From an uncultured Nitrososphaeraceae archaeon (GTDB lineage Archaea > Thermoproteota > Nitrososphaeria > Nitrososphaerales > Nitrososphaeraceae): 64,000 nt of DNA. Location: positions 608,001 through 672,000 of the forward strand of contig CAVZZA010000003.1 of NCBI GenBank assembly GCA_963779615.1, given 5' to 3'. This document shows positions 32,972 through 43,818 of this stretch, in pieces (within the stretch, counting starts at the first letter, position 1; every line of letters begins with the position of its first letter). A program made the position numbers and the translations under genes. Below the pieces are notes generated by a model. That model saw only the letters and a program-made list of their open reading frames with translations. It made no database searches and was not told where the DNA came from.

Positions 32972-33337
32972 TCAAAAGTATTTGTCCAAAATTTCGTTTA
33001 ATTTGGTCTTCTGATTTTCGTAGATAATTTTATACTCATCGCTATCGGTACTTTCTTTTCCCAGCCCTTCAAACTCCTCCATAGAATTTTCAAATTCAGA
33101 TAGCCCAACCATTGATTTTGCCAACCTATTTAGGAGAAAGAAAACGGTCGACATCATATAGTTCGCCTTGTCGCTTTCAAACTCGGTCATTTTAGAAGGC
33201 GGAAAAACCATATCAATGCATTCCCTTAATTCTTCCGCGCATCCTTCCATGCAGTGTGTGTCACCCTTGTTGCATTCTTGCACTTTCTTTGCATAACTGG
33301 CCAAACATTTGGAGATATTCAGTAGATGTTGAGTCAA
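32972..33337 (-). CDS. hypothetical helical protein with Cys-rich N-terminus
   Basis: 121 aa ORF with regularly spaced Cys and protein-like composition. Confidence 0.55.
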   Translation of the reverse strand: MTQHLLNISKCLASYAKKVQECNKGDTHCMEGCAEELRECIDMVFPPSKMTEFESDKANYMMSTVFFLLNRLAKSMVGLSEFENSMEEFEGLGKESTDSDEYKIIYENQKTKLNEILDKYF

Positions 33338-33435
33338 ATTAATAATCCACCAACAATGTTCTTTAATTTAATTTTAGTATAACTATTACCATATTGTTAT
33401 TATGTGAAGCAATATAGCAATACATCAAATTGAAA

Positions 33436-33561
33436 TTATTTTTCTGGATTCTCTTGCTGTAGCTGCAACTCTACCTTCCCTTTTGGGATAAATGTTAAGC
33501 CGCATATGCGACATTCAAAATCAGTGTTGGATACATTTATTATTTCATTGCAATATTGCAT
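33436..33561 (-). CDS. tiny zinc-ribbon-like ORF (possibly frameshifted)
   Basis: hand translation MQYCNEIINVSNTDFECRICGLTFIPKGKVELQLQQENPEK; below the ORF-track cutoff. Confidence 0.4.
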   Translation of the reverse strand: MQYCNEIINVSNTDFECRICGLTFIPKGKVELQLQQENPEK

Positions 33562-33903
33562 TGATAAGAGTATAGATTACTGCTGCGGTTATCGCACAAC
33601 ACACTTTTTTATTGATAAAACAATAAACCCAGCACAATAATTTTTAAGTTTATCTTTATAGGATTAACTTTAATATTGAGATCCCATTCTCATTGCTCAA
33701 TGTTTCAAATATCGGTTGGTGACAGTAATGAGAACAATTTGTTTACAATACCAAGCAGATAGTTTAGTTTCAAACCACCATCTTTAAAATTAAATGATTT
33801 AAAAAACGAACCTATAGATGTTAAACTGATGTTTTAGTATTGCAACTGATGACCTTATTGTGCGTCATGCTAAAATGCATTTTTATTTTTTTTATAACGG
33901 GGA

Positions 33904-34122
33904 TTATTGAAGTATTTTCAGGGATTTCTTCCCAGTTTCTCTACACATTGGGCATTTCATATTTTTATTATCTAAATATATGCTCTCTGTTGGTTCGTAA
34001 AATGATATTTTCCACAAGCAAGATTCACACTTTAAAATGTATTTTAGTATTTGATTTTGTGCGTTTTTGTTTGAATCCACAGCATAAACTCGCTCATTTA
34101 TTTGCTCAAGTAGAAGACTCAT
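33904..34122 (-). CDS. small zinc-ribbon protein
   Basis: 72 aa with CESC and CPMC. Confidence 0.6.
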   Translation of the reverse strand: MSLLLEQINERVYAVDSNKNAQNQILKYILKCESCLWKISFYEPTESIYLDNKNMKCPMCRETGKKSLKILQ

Positions 34123-34210
34123 TTACATTTTATATAATGTGTTACGAGTATATAACAAATTTTGTATGAACATACTCTAACATAAATGTGACAATTTCTC
34201 ATATAAAATA

Positions 34211-34759
34211 ATGAGTTCTCCTAATGCCACCAACATTAACCCTAAAGATTGTGTTTATGGTTGCAATACCAGGATATACTGGAATACCTCAACCAGTGAG
34301 TATTGGGAAGAATTCACAAAGAAGAAACACAATTGTCCTAACAGGTCAAGAAATAATAGCAAAAAATCTGTAGCGTCTGCGGCAGCAACGGCACCAACTA
34401 TCAATAATGACAACTCTACACCAAAGCCAACAACACGGTACAATAACAATTACAAGAATAATTATAGCAGCAATTACAACCACAAGAAATCATGGGCCAT
34501 GTTTAACAACAACAAACAGCCGATGGACAATTCTTTGGAAATACTGGAAGCCCCATCACCTGAGGCAATAAGAAAACAATATGAGGTATTGACTGATTTG
34601 ATAAAAGAGTACAACGGCAAAATTCATGGCTCTCAGTCCCATATTCTCGCAAATGACTCTATACAGTTAATTGTCTATTATGAAGTTCCTGAAGGAACGA
34701 GAGATGAGGTAAAAGGAATGTTTGAGAGGTTTACCAAAGATGAGATAAAAATGCGTTGA
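34211..34759 (+). CDS. hypothetical protein with putative N-terminal zinc site and Asn-rich linker
   Basis: CVYGC...HNC, low-complexity linker, compact C-terminal domain. Confidence 0.7.
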   Translation: MSSPNATNINPKDCVYGCNTRIYWNTSTSEYWEEFTKKKHNCPNRSRNNSKKSVASAAATAPTINNDNSTPKPTTRYNNNYKNNYSSNYNHKKSWAMFNNNKQPMDNSLEILEAPSPEAIRKQYEVLTDLIKEYNGKIHGSQSHILANDSIQLIVYYEVPEGTRDEVKGMFERFTKDEIKMR

Positions 34760-34817
34760 TCATCACCAACAATAGAGAAAGCCAATCAATTGGTAAGAAG
34801 AATATGTTAGTTAGAAC

Positions 34818-35484
34818 TCAATGGTTACGGCCTCCTCTATAAAACTCCACACATTGTGCATTTCTGCTCAAGCTAGCTTTGGTTATCATGTCCAGAATCT
34901 TTTGGATAGCACCTTCAGGCTTTTGCATCTCATTCCCCTTACAACACAAGTTGTAACCTAAATTGATGGCATCGCTTATCATCTGCGTGTCAATCTCACC
35001 TTGGCATATTGTCATAATCCTTACGCCATAATCATCAACCCCTGCGGCCACACCCTCACTTAGACCCATAACCCCAAACTTGCTCAATATGCAAACATCT
35101 TGGGGAAACCCATTTTGCCTCCACCAGAACTAACATTGATTATAACCCCAGAGTTGCTTTTCACCATGTGCGGAATAACTGCTTTACAGAATAGAAAATC
35201 GCCTCCAAGGTTTATGTTGATTGTATTTGCCCATCCTTCCTAAGACATATCCACCAAATTTTTGTATTGCAGAATGCCCAATTTGTTAATCAACATGCCT
35301 ATTTTTCCAAATCTTTCCATAGTCGCATCAACAACAGAATTAACATCCAAGTGTTGCATGCATTGCATTTCAACCCTATTACCTGAGTTGCGGGTTTAAT
35401 TGTTGAAGCGTTCTCTGGTCCTGCTGCTGATTTAATTCCTTCAACTGTTTTATCGATGTCACCTACCTGTTTCACACGTAACAA
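34818..35484 (-). pseudogene. degraded SDR oxidoreductase
   Basis: fragments in different frames: SKFGVMGLSEGVA, IINVSSGGG and INLGG-like pieces. Confidence 0.7.
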
Positions 35485-35554
35485 AAAAAGAAGAATTAGA
35501 AATGAAATTGAAAGTTAAGATCTTTTAAAAGTGTGATGGAGCACATCACAATAA

Positions 35555-36820
35555 ATGACGATCACTCCTTTATTAGGCCCTAATGGCAAAACTCCTATTT
35601 TAGTTAGAGATGATGACATTAATTTTTTTACAAATAGCAACATGCTTGAGTCAATTTACTCCGATGCGTGGAAAAATCAGTTTAAAGTAAGCCTGTCCGT
35701 AATTCCTTATCAAAAGGCAATCAACGATGTTTGCATACCCCCTAGTGTTAGAAATTCTCAAGGATACTACTCGGTTGAAAACAATAAGGAACTATGCTCA
35801 TTTTTAAAAGACAAAATCAATCACAATCATGTTGAAATAATTCAGCATGGCGTGTCTCATGCCTTGATTGATGGCAGAGGAGAATTTAGTGTGAATATTG
35901 ACGGTAACAGTGATGTAAACGCAATCATCAGTGACACACATACCCAATATCATAATGCTTATGATAATAATGATGATAACGATAATTATATTGGAAGATA
36001 CAATAATGATAACAATAAGACAGACTTTAAATCCTATGTGAATATCGGAAGAAACATAATAAAAAAATCTTTTGGTGTTGCACCTGTTTTTTTCGCCCCA
36101 CCGTTTGACGACTTTTCCACAAAGAATTTAAATTTACTTTTAGATCTTGATATGATCCCCATCTATGGACAATCAAACTATCACAGGTTTTTCAGGTCAC
36201 CTTACATTCCCAATTATGTTAAAAGGTATTTGGCAAACAAAATAATAAAAAAATTTGCCAATGTAGGATTCATTGTTCCCTTCATCATACCTAATGTTAA
36301 TTGTCACAATAACCAAAATAATCATGGAGTAATGCTGCATATTCCCAAAAGGCCAAAAATTAATCCTATTTCAAGCAATAAAGAAGAAGGATCACAAACG
36401 TTTGTAAAATGGGTATCCAATGCCATCTCTTATTGTACAACTCAAAGATCACCATTATGCATTCTCAATCACTATCACCATTATTTTTATGATTGGAATT
36501 ATGACTCGGTTACCAGAAAAAACTTGTTTGGACAATGGCAGCAGATTCTGCAGATTCTCAATAAAATACCCTTTTCCTGGAAGGCATCTTTCCTGGATTT
36601 GTATCAAAGGATAAGAAGGATAAAAAAAGTCAACATCTCAAAAACAGGCCTGAAAATAACAATAGGGTCAAATGAATTGATTGAAGATATTTCTTTTAAG
36701 GTTGACAATGGGCGGAATTTAGAAAAAAAGGGAAATTTAGTGTTTGATGAGGAAGATAAAGCAATAGTTACCATCCATCAATTACAGCCTGACTCCAAAA
36801 CTGTTTTCCATCTAAAATAA
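35555..36820 (+). CDS. polysaccharide deacetylase-like protein (DUF2334/CE4 fold)
   Basis: VRDDD, VIP, IQHGVSH, GEF, FAPPFD motifs. Confidence 0.8.
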   Translation: MTITPLLGPNGKTPILVRDDDINFFTNSNMLESIYSDAWKNQFKVSLSVIPYQKAINDVCIPPSVRNSQGYYSVENNKELCSFLKDKINHNHVEIIQHGVSHALIDGRGEFSVNIDGNSDVNAIISDTHTQYHNAYDNNDDNDNYIGRYNNDNNKTDFKSYVNIGRNIIKKSFGVAPVFFAPPFDDFSTKNLNLLLDLDMIPIYGQSNYHRFFRSPYIPNYVKRYLANKIIKKFANVGFIVPFIIPNVNCHNNQNNHGVMLHIPKRPKINPISSNKEEGSQTFVKWVSNAISYCTTQRSPLCILNHYHHYFYDWNYDSVTRKNLFGQWQQILQILNKIPFSWKASFLDLYQRIRRIKKVNISKTGLKITIGSNELIEDISFKVDNGRNLEKKGNLVFDEEDKAIVTIHQLQPDSKTVFHLK

Positions 36821-37095
36821 ATAAACAAATTAATGAATAAACACGTTACTCAATTTATTCGTCTTTTTTTAGTATGAGGCTGATTTGAGTTCAATTCGCA
36901 CACATTTTTTTTCAGTGTGTTTCAACTATCATAAACTAAAACAGAATCTGTCTTTATGAATATTAAATACATCTTCTATGCTTTGATTGTTGGTTAGATC
37001 TTAATTAAAATAGGTATCCATCAGATATTAATATCATTGTCATATTGGCTTTATTAGCCATATACATACTCTATTGCATTTGAATCATCAGTCTT

Positions 37096-37347
37096 TTATC
37101 TCCAGTCTTTTACCAAGTTCTCAACTTCAATGTCTTTACCCAAAAAGCTCTTGTCCTTAATTGCAACAAATTGATTCTTATGATTTTTATCAAGCCAATC
37201 CAAGTTATCCTTTAACCTTACCAACCTTACCAACCTTACCAGCCTTTCCACACCTGTTTCATTAACCATCTGTAAAGGAATGGTAAGTCTACATCTCGTC
37301 ATCATTGCTAACATACTTTTCAACATTCTCTTTATAGTCATCAGCAT
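37096..37347 (-). pseudogene. DUF5678-like fragment with 9-bp tandem repeat
   Basis: NLDWLDKN..NQFVAIKD pattern; (AACCTTACC)3 at 37214-37240. Confidence 0.4.
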
Positions 37348-37383
37348 ACCATGTTCTTTTCATTAATGGGTTTTCAACAATAC

Positions 37384-38004
37384 CTAGTTCTGATTCCATC
37401 TGCCTCCAGAGCTTTCTTGCCACCGGTGGTATAACTCCTTGTCGTTGCCAACCATAAACACCTCAAGCCTGCCATCGGCATTGACCACAACAACAGGATC
37501 ACTGGCCTCTGGCCACTTGCCCCCAAGCGATTCCCACTTTCCGTTCCATGACCCGCCGGGTCGCTCTTGCCACCTGTGGTATAGCTCCTTGTCGTTGCCA
37601 ACCATAAACACCTCAAGCCTGCCATCGGCATTCATTATAACTAGAAAGTCTTTGCCGTCGCCCCTGCGCCATTTGCCCCCAAGCGATTCCCACTTTCCGT
37701 TCCATGACCCGCCGGGTCGCTCTTGCCACCTGTGGTATAGCTCCTTGTCGTTGCCAACCATAAACACCTCAAGCCTGCCATCGGCATTGACCACAACAAC
37801 AGGATCACTGGCCTCTGGCCACTTGCCCCCAAGCGATTCCCACTTTCCGTTCCATGACCCGCCGGGTCGCTCTTGCCACCTGTGATAGAGAGTGTCGTCA
37901 TTGCCTACAATAAATATCTCTAGTCGCATATCATGGGTATGCATAACAACTAGATCTTTACCATCACCGTTTGGCCATTGGCCGCCAAAAGAATTCCAAC
38001 CCAA
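37384..38004 (-). CDS. PLL-like beta-propeller lectin repeat protein (4 blades)
   Basis: repeats of WESLGG...NADGRLEVFMVGNDKELYHRWQ, 50/52-aa period. Confidence 0.8.
   Translation of the reverse strand: MGWNSFGGQWPNGDGKDLVVMHTHDMRLEIFIVGNDDTLYHRWQERPGGSWNGKWESLGGKWPEASDPVVVVNADGRLEVFMVGNDKELYHRWQERPGGSWNGKWESLGGKWRRGDGKDFLVIMNADGRLEVFMVGNDKELYHRWQERPGGSWNGKWESLGGKWPEASDPVVVVNADGRLEVFMVGNDKELYHRWQESSGGRWNQN
37435..37884. repeat. tandem 150/156-bp coding repeats
   Basis: 37435-37578 is identical to 37741-37884; the middle unit shares both flanks. Confidence 0.9.
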
Positions 38005-38735
38005 GATTTACGTTATATCTTGTGAACAATATTTATTTTCATTGATTTAAATGGCAGTACATAATATTCTTTATTCTTTTTTTATCTGTCCTGCCAAATC
38101 ATTGATTTTTCTCTATGTAAATGGAAAAATATACTTTTACTTTTACTTTTATAAGAATGCACATCATAGTTTGCATCAAAACACATCATAAAACTATCAA
38201 AAAGATCAATAGTTAAATCGAATTTGCAGTCATTAGTCTGTGAACAACAACAAATCGTTGCAAAAATGGGCAGTGATGTCATTTTTTGATCCGGATTATA
38301 AAAATCTCAGCACTCAAAGCACAGCAGAATAATAATCGTTTTCAAGATCCCCCCTCAACAATGAGGAAGATTAATCGATACACCAATAGAATACCTGCTA
38401 TAAATAGCGAATCATAATCACGACTATTAATAGAATCTTGTAATCCTGATCTAGTTTTTTCCTCGTATTTTTTGGACAGCTGTTATTTAATCAATGATTG
38501 TTGTTCACGCCATGTCTGAGAAGAATAGGCTTTCGAGCCACCACATTATAGGAATCAAAGAAAGAACACACAGTTAAGAAATTAAAGGCAATAAAGAAGC
38601 TGTTTTTAGCGCAACTACACAAAAGCCCTAATGAAATTAAATTTGTTATCAAGGTTTAGGCCCATGGAAGGTCCTTTAATACCCGAGCAGTAGGCTGGAG
38701 ACACTTTTAAATGATTATTTTAACCCAGTCTTTCT

Positions 38736-39146
38736 GTGATTTCAATAGGAAAAAAACTTTTTGAAGAAGTTGACATGTCAAAAAAAAGCGAAATAGTTAA
38801 TGAAAACATGGAAAAGGGAATCATAGAAAGGGAAAGCAGTTGGACAGGGCAAATCAAAGGTCTTGATTTGTTTCCCAGTGGAAGAGTAGAAGGAAATGGA
38901 AATTCAATACTGTACAGTAACGGCGTTTCAATTTCAAACTGGCAAGGAACACTCACTACAGAAGAAGGAAAAGAAATATCATTTATCTGAAAGGACGCAA
39001 ATAAACACGGCAAATACTTTGTATTGAGAACATATTTTACAGATACGCAGCCACATCCATGGATAAATGGATTGGTTTGCCTTTTGGATGGTTCTTTTGA
39101 TCAGGAAAACAAAACCTTTCGGTGTACTGGATATGAATTAATGTGA
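38736..39146 (+). pseudogene. beta-rich hypothetical protein split by an in-frame TGA
   Basis: the frame stays open past TGA 38988-38990 (KDANKHGKYFVLRTYF...GYELM*) to 39146. Confidence 0.6.
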
Positions 39147-39473
39147 CACAATTTTACTCTCACAATACAAAGTACCAACATGCAGGTTTTCAAGTTTCAA
39201 TGATGTTTTATAATACCCAAAAACAACAACAGAAAAGGCAATGATGAAAATGAGTCCCTAAATGATAAACGAGTTTAGAGAGAAAAGACTGAGAATAAAC
39301 CTATGGAATTATAACAACACACATATATATGCAGCATCACTTTCTAGCCTAATTCCATTCTAGATTATACTATATCCACACCTTTCCTCCCTCAGACGCT
39401 TTTATACCACATACAATACATTATTGGCAATGACAAGTCCAAACTTAACAGAAAAGGAGAAATTCTTCTAGTC

Positions 39474-39848
39474 ATGCCAACCATACAACATTTTGAAATG
39501 CCAGCAGATGATGTAGATAGAGCCCAAAAGTTCTACAAAGACGTTTTTGGATGGGAAATGCAAAGGTGGAGCAATCCCGAAAATCCTGGAAAGGACTATT
39601 GGTACTTTGAAACCAAAGACGATAAAGGAAACACCGGTATTGGTGGGGGAATGATGAAACGCCAGTCACCGGAACACACAGTTACAAATTACATAACAGT
39701 GTCATCTATTGACAAGTATGCTTCCAAATTAGAACAAGCAGGTGGCAAAGTGATTATCCCTAAAACAAAAATTCCAGACATGGGATTTTATGCAGTGTTT
39801 TTGGATAGTGAAAATAACATGTTTGGGCGATACGAATCAAATAGATAG
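39474..39848 (+). CDS. VOC/glyoxalase family protein
   Basis: HFEMPADDVDRAQKFYKDVFGW...GGGMMK...GGKVIIPK...DSENNMFG. Confidence 0.92.
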   Translation: MPTIQHFEMPADDVDRAQKFYKDVFGWEMQRWSNPENPGKDYWYFETKDDKGNTGIGGGMMKRQSPEHTVTNYITVSSIDKYASKLEQAGGKVIIPKTKIPDMGFYAVFLDSENNMFGRYESNR

Positions 39849-40963
39849 GCAAGTACAACAGAATCACATTCTTTTGCCTTTTTTTGTGTTCTCTTTACCT
39901 ATTATTTTATAGCCATTATGCAAGGAATCTACGGCAGATAACAACCATGAAGATTACAAACACAACAAAATCCACATACCCAAAAGAGCAAAACTAATCA
40001 GACAGCAAAGAAATAGAGAAAGGTAACCTTTAAGTCCAAACTGCAAAAATCCGTTACTTGGAAAACATTCCTAACTTCGGTTAGGCTTTAACAGCAACAT
40101 AACAATATCAACTAGTTTTCACAATCACCTTTGCTTGCCTAACAAATACACCAATCTGCTATAATAAAATAAGTGAGGTTCTTTAATAAATGCCAAACAA
40201 ATTATAAGGAATTTATAAAAAGTATTAGAGAGCCCTTTGCCATAAAATCACATAAAACCCATAAAAAAAACTAGGCAAATAGATATCACAACCACAATAT
40301 AGCAAGATTACATGCAAGATATCATAACATGAATCGATAAAAATTACAGTATAATGCACTTTTCCTACATAATCACTCTGTGTCACACAGCATATATGGA
40401 TTAATCATAGCCACTAAATCACATAGTAAAATAGCCCAGATCATTCACTCATTGCTGAAATAAATACTCTTTACCAAAAAAAAGTAAATGAAGCCATTTA
40501 ACCAGGACAATCGATCTCTGAAACAATAATGGCCAACCGTTTTACTCAAGTCTCCAGTCATAATATATTATTGAATCTCAAAGGTGAGAGTACCCGAACA
40601 GAATCAGGTTTGGGGCCGACCAAAGTGCAGGCCTGTAGCATATCCCATAGTTATTCTCTTAAAAGATGGGAAGTTCAAGGCATTTGACAAGCAATGCTCC
40701 AAGTCAAGAAGTCATTGGGATACTCTTACGCAATTTTAATCCATCAGGTATTACACCTTTTGATTTCTTTATTTTCTTATTCCTTTGGGCGACTAATGAT
40801 TACTGTCCCGTTCTTTTTCAAACTTTATCCTTCCATCAGGATAAAGTTTGCATGATAAGAAGTTCCTCCACAGCCCTTTTGTCACCGTGATGTCCCGGCC
40901 TCTAAGATGCATCGCCAACATATAAGTTGTTTTATATTTTGTTTATATCCACCATATATCAGG

Positions 40964-41752
40964 ATGGAGAAGGACATACACAACACTATTGCATCCCACA
41001 ATGATTCTGTAATATCTCAATTTACAAAACAGGCAATTCCGTTTGCGCAAATGTCACAGCACTCAAACCAATATGGGTTGGAGCTGATGCTAAAATTATG
41101 CAGCCCAAAACAAAATGACACGGTTTTGGATGTTGCCTGTGGCTCGGGGATTGTATCGTGTGAGTTTGCAAAAACAGTGTCCCATGTCACAGGAATTGAC
41201 ATAACCCCTGCAATGATTGAACAAGCAAGACTACTTCAAAAAGAAAAACAAATAGAGAACATCGAGTGGAAAATTGGAGATGTTTCAGATATACCATTTG
41301 GTGACAGCGTGTTTTCAATAGTAGCAACAAGATATAGTTTTCACCATATGATTGATCCAAAAAAAGTGTTGGAAGAAATGAAACGTGTATGTGCCCCAGG
41401 TGGAAAAATAATAGTTATTGATGTTACGCCTGATGAGGACAAGGCAGACGCGTACAATCATGTAGAGAAATTGCGCGATTCTTCCCACACAAAAGCATTA
41501 ACATTTCCACAATTAGAAAACATGATGAAAGAAGTCGGCCTAGTCAATCTTGAATCCAAACATCATGATCTAGAAATGCAACTTGAAAAAATACTGCAAT
41601 CGTCCTTTCCTGATTCTGAAGGTGTAGACAAGATAAAACAACTTTTTCAACAAGATTTAACAAAGAACAATTTGGGAATGAAGAGCCATTTAAAAGATGA
41701 TGGGATATATTTTTATTTCCCCATATCCATGATTACCGGAAACAAGACATAA
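40964..41752 (+). CDS. class I SAM-dependent methyltransferase (UbiE-like)
   Basis: VLDVACGSG, GIDIT, GDVSDIPF, SFHH, EMKRVCAPGG; start probably ATG 40964. Confidence 0.9.
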   Translation: MEKDIHNTIASHNDSVISQFTKQAIPFAQMSQHSNQYGLELMLKLCSPKQNDTVLDVACGSGIVSCEFAKTVSHVTGIDITPAMIEQARLLQKEKQIENIEWKIGDVSDIPFGDSVFSIVATRYSFHHMIDPKKVLEEMKRVCAPGGKIIVIDVTPDEDKADAYNHVEKLRDSSHTKALTFPQLENMMKEVGLVNLESKHHDLEMQLEKILQSSFPDSEGVDKIKQLFQQDLTKNNLGMKSHLKDDGIYFYFPISMITGNKT

Positions 41753-42059
41753 CCTGAATTATATTGATTGTGATCTATTCTGGGATACAAATCAATCAAT
41801 AGAAACGTTATATCGGGTTTACCATAACCTATAAGTATCAAATCCTGTTACCATCAGAAAATTAACTAATCCAACCAAATAGAACATTTTGCTATTTTTG
41901 CAATGTCTATAATGCTTTCAAACCCAAGTTCAAATTCCAATAGGTTAACAACAACATCGCACCTTAAAAAAATCACATAATGATTAAACAGTGTTTGGAG
42001 TAAATCCAGGTGGAAAAATTTCCCCCCCCCTTACTGACACCCACTTTAATCAAAACCAG

Positions 42060-42600
42060 CGGTTTGATCCGATCTGAACATAACCATAGGATATCCAAGT
42101 AATTTTTTCATCTTTGCCTACATGGCATTCATTAACACTATGCGGATTACTGTTTTTACAACCTTTTTTAATGCTCCACCCCGCCTAATCTGTGTAATCA
42201 CATACAGGTTTATCGCCCCACCGATTAGTGGCCTCTTCATTCAGCCAGATTTCCATTTTCCCATTATCATTTTTATCACTATAGAAAATCCCTTTCACAC
42301 CAATCCATCTTATCATCAAATTATTGGTCACATTGTTTCTCTTTACCATCATCAAAATATCCCTTTGTATAAATTGATTCTTTTTCAAATTTAACCCTGC
42401 CAACCAGGATATAGGTTGGCATGTAAAGTTGTTCCCTCATATGGATTCATCATCATGCTTGGGTCCAGGCCAGGACTACTATTCAAAATGCGGGCATCCA
42501 TTAAGACTACTAATTTCCTTCATCATTTAACCTTGCGTAAAAAGGCATTTCCGCATCTTTCCATTCTTTTTTTGTAACCATATATTTTCTGCTTCGAAGT
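42060..42600 (-). pseudogene. remnant of a Trp-rich beta-domain protein
   Basis: RWIGVKGIFY...KMEIWL...NRW..D*AGW...ITW pieces with stops and frameshifts; limits approximate. Confidence 0.35.
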
Positions 42601-43015
42601 TTTCTTTGACCTCTTTCAGTTAGAGCCCTGGTTTGGTATTGCGTGTATGCTAAACCTTGTTTGCGAAAAGTCATCATCATCAGGTGTTGTGACTTTTAAT
42701 TGTGAATATCCCTAATCGTTTGTTGATTGATTACCATTCCAGTTTGGAACACGACTTTTCCAGTCTTGCATTCCTAAAATTTTGGTTTTGCAAAATCAGG
42801 CCAAATATGGGTATCATAAATTTTTAATTCCAAAATCATCGGTTTCTTTTTCTAATTCTGGCATAGTGTTGACTATCACCATCATCATCATCCTTAACAC
42901 ACAAGTAAATAAAATATTGTCAATTAATAACAAAAACAATAATAATATCTTTTGCGTTAAAATGATATGCCCACAAACAACATCAAACCCTCCAAAACCA
43001 TAACGAATAGGAACA

Positions 43016-43795
43016 GTGTTTATAATGTTTAATGTGTCTGATAACTTAAAGAGGCTAATGAACAGAAAAACCGGCTCGGTGTTCATTGAGGAGCCATCAC
43101 GATCTAAAACTATCCCCGAGCAATCAAAAGAGTTTTTTTCAAAGATCTATGGGCTGAACTTGTTGAAAGAAAACATATACAGGGTACTCCTTGCAACGGA
43201 GCAGGTTAATGTATTGTTAATTGGACCTCCTGCCACTTCAAAGACTTTATTCATGGAGCAAATACAGGAAAAATGCAATGATGTCTGCTACTTTGACGCC
43301 TCAAATACTACCGGCGCCGGGTTTTTGGAATGCCTAAACCTACACCAAAGAGCAAAGGTATTGATAATCGATGAAGTTGACAAGCTTAGAAAAAATGATT
43401 TAAACTCATTGCTGGGACTGTTGAACAATGGCAGAATTAACAAAAACCTAAAAGAACTGACTTACAATTTTTCTATGCAATGTAAAATATTCGCAACATC
43501 AAACAGCAATACAAAGCTTACAAAACCCATGCGCTCACGCTTCCAGGAGTACCACTTGCCAGAGTATTCTGATGATGAGTACATAGAGGTAGTAAAGTTC
43601 TGCCTTGCCGAAAAGATAACGGATGTGACTGCAGAAATCATAGCAAAAATTCTGCTTGTGCATGAAAGAAAAGATGCAAGAGCAGCAATATCCATTAGCA
43701 ATCTGCTTCAAAGGGGCGACACGATGGATGATATAGCCCGTGTGGTAGAAACATGGTTAAACCACAAGAGCCAGGACACAATAGACTATAATTAA
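43016..43795 (+). CDS. stand-alone AAA+ ATPase
   Basis: Walker A variant IGPPATSKT, Walker B LIIDEVDK, sensor-1 ATSN, Arg finger RSRF, sensor-2 DARAA. Confidence 0.85.
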   Translation: MFIMFNVSDNLKRLMNRKTGSVFIEEPSRSKTIPEQSKEFFSKIYGLNLLKENIYRVLLATEQVNVLLIGPPATSKTLFMEQIQEKCNDVCYFDASNTTGAGFLECLNLHQRAKVLIIDEVDKLRKNDLNSLLGLLNNGRINKNLKELTYNFSMQCKIFATSNSNTKLTKPMRSRFQEYHLPEYSDDEYIEVVKFCLAEKITDVTAEIIAKILLVHERKDARAAISISNLLQRGDTMDDIARVVETWLNHKSQDTIDYN

Positions 43796-43818
43796 TTAAA
43801 AAAGGTAAAAGAGACTCA

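Noticed and set aside
37384-38004. Regular repeats considered as a CRISPR array
   Set aside because: The units are 150/156 bp, in-frame and coding, with no unique spacers or cas genes.
40530-40900. Minus-strand fragment TLVGPKPDSVRVLSPLR, faintly like PduL
   Set aside because: It is a short match amid multiple stops, so a family cannot be supported.
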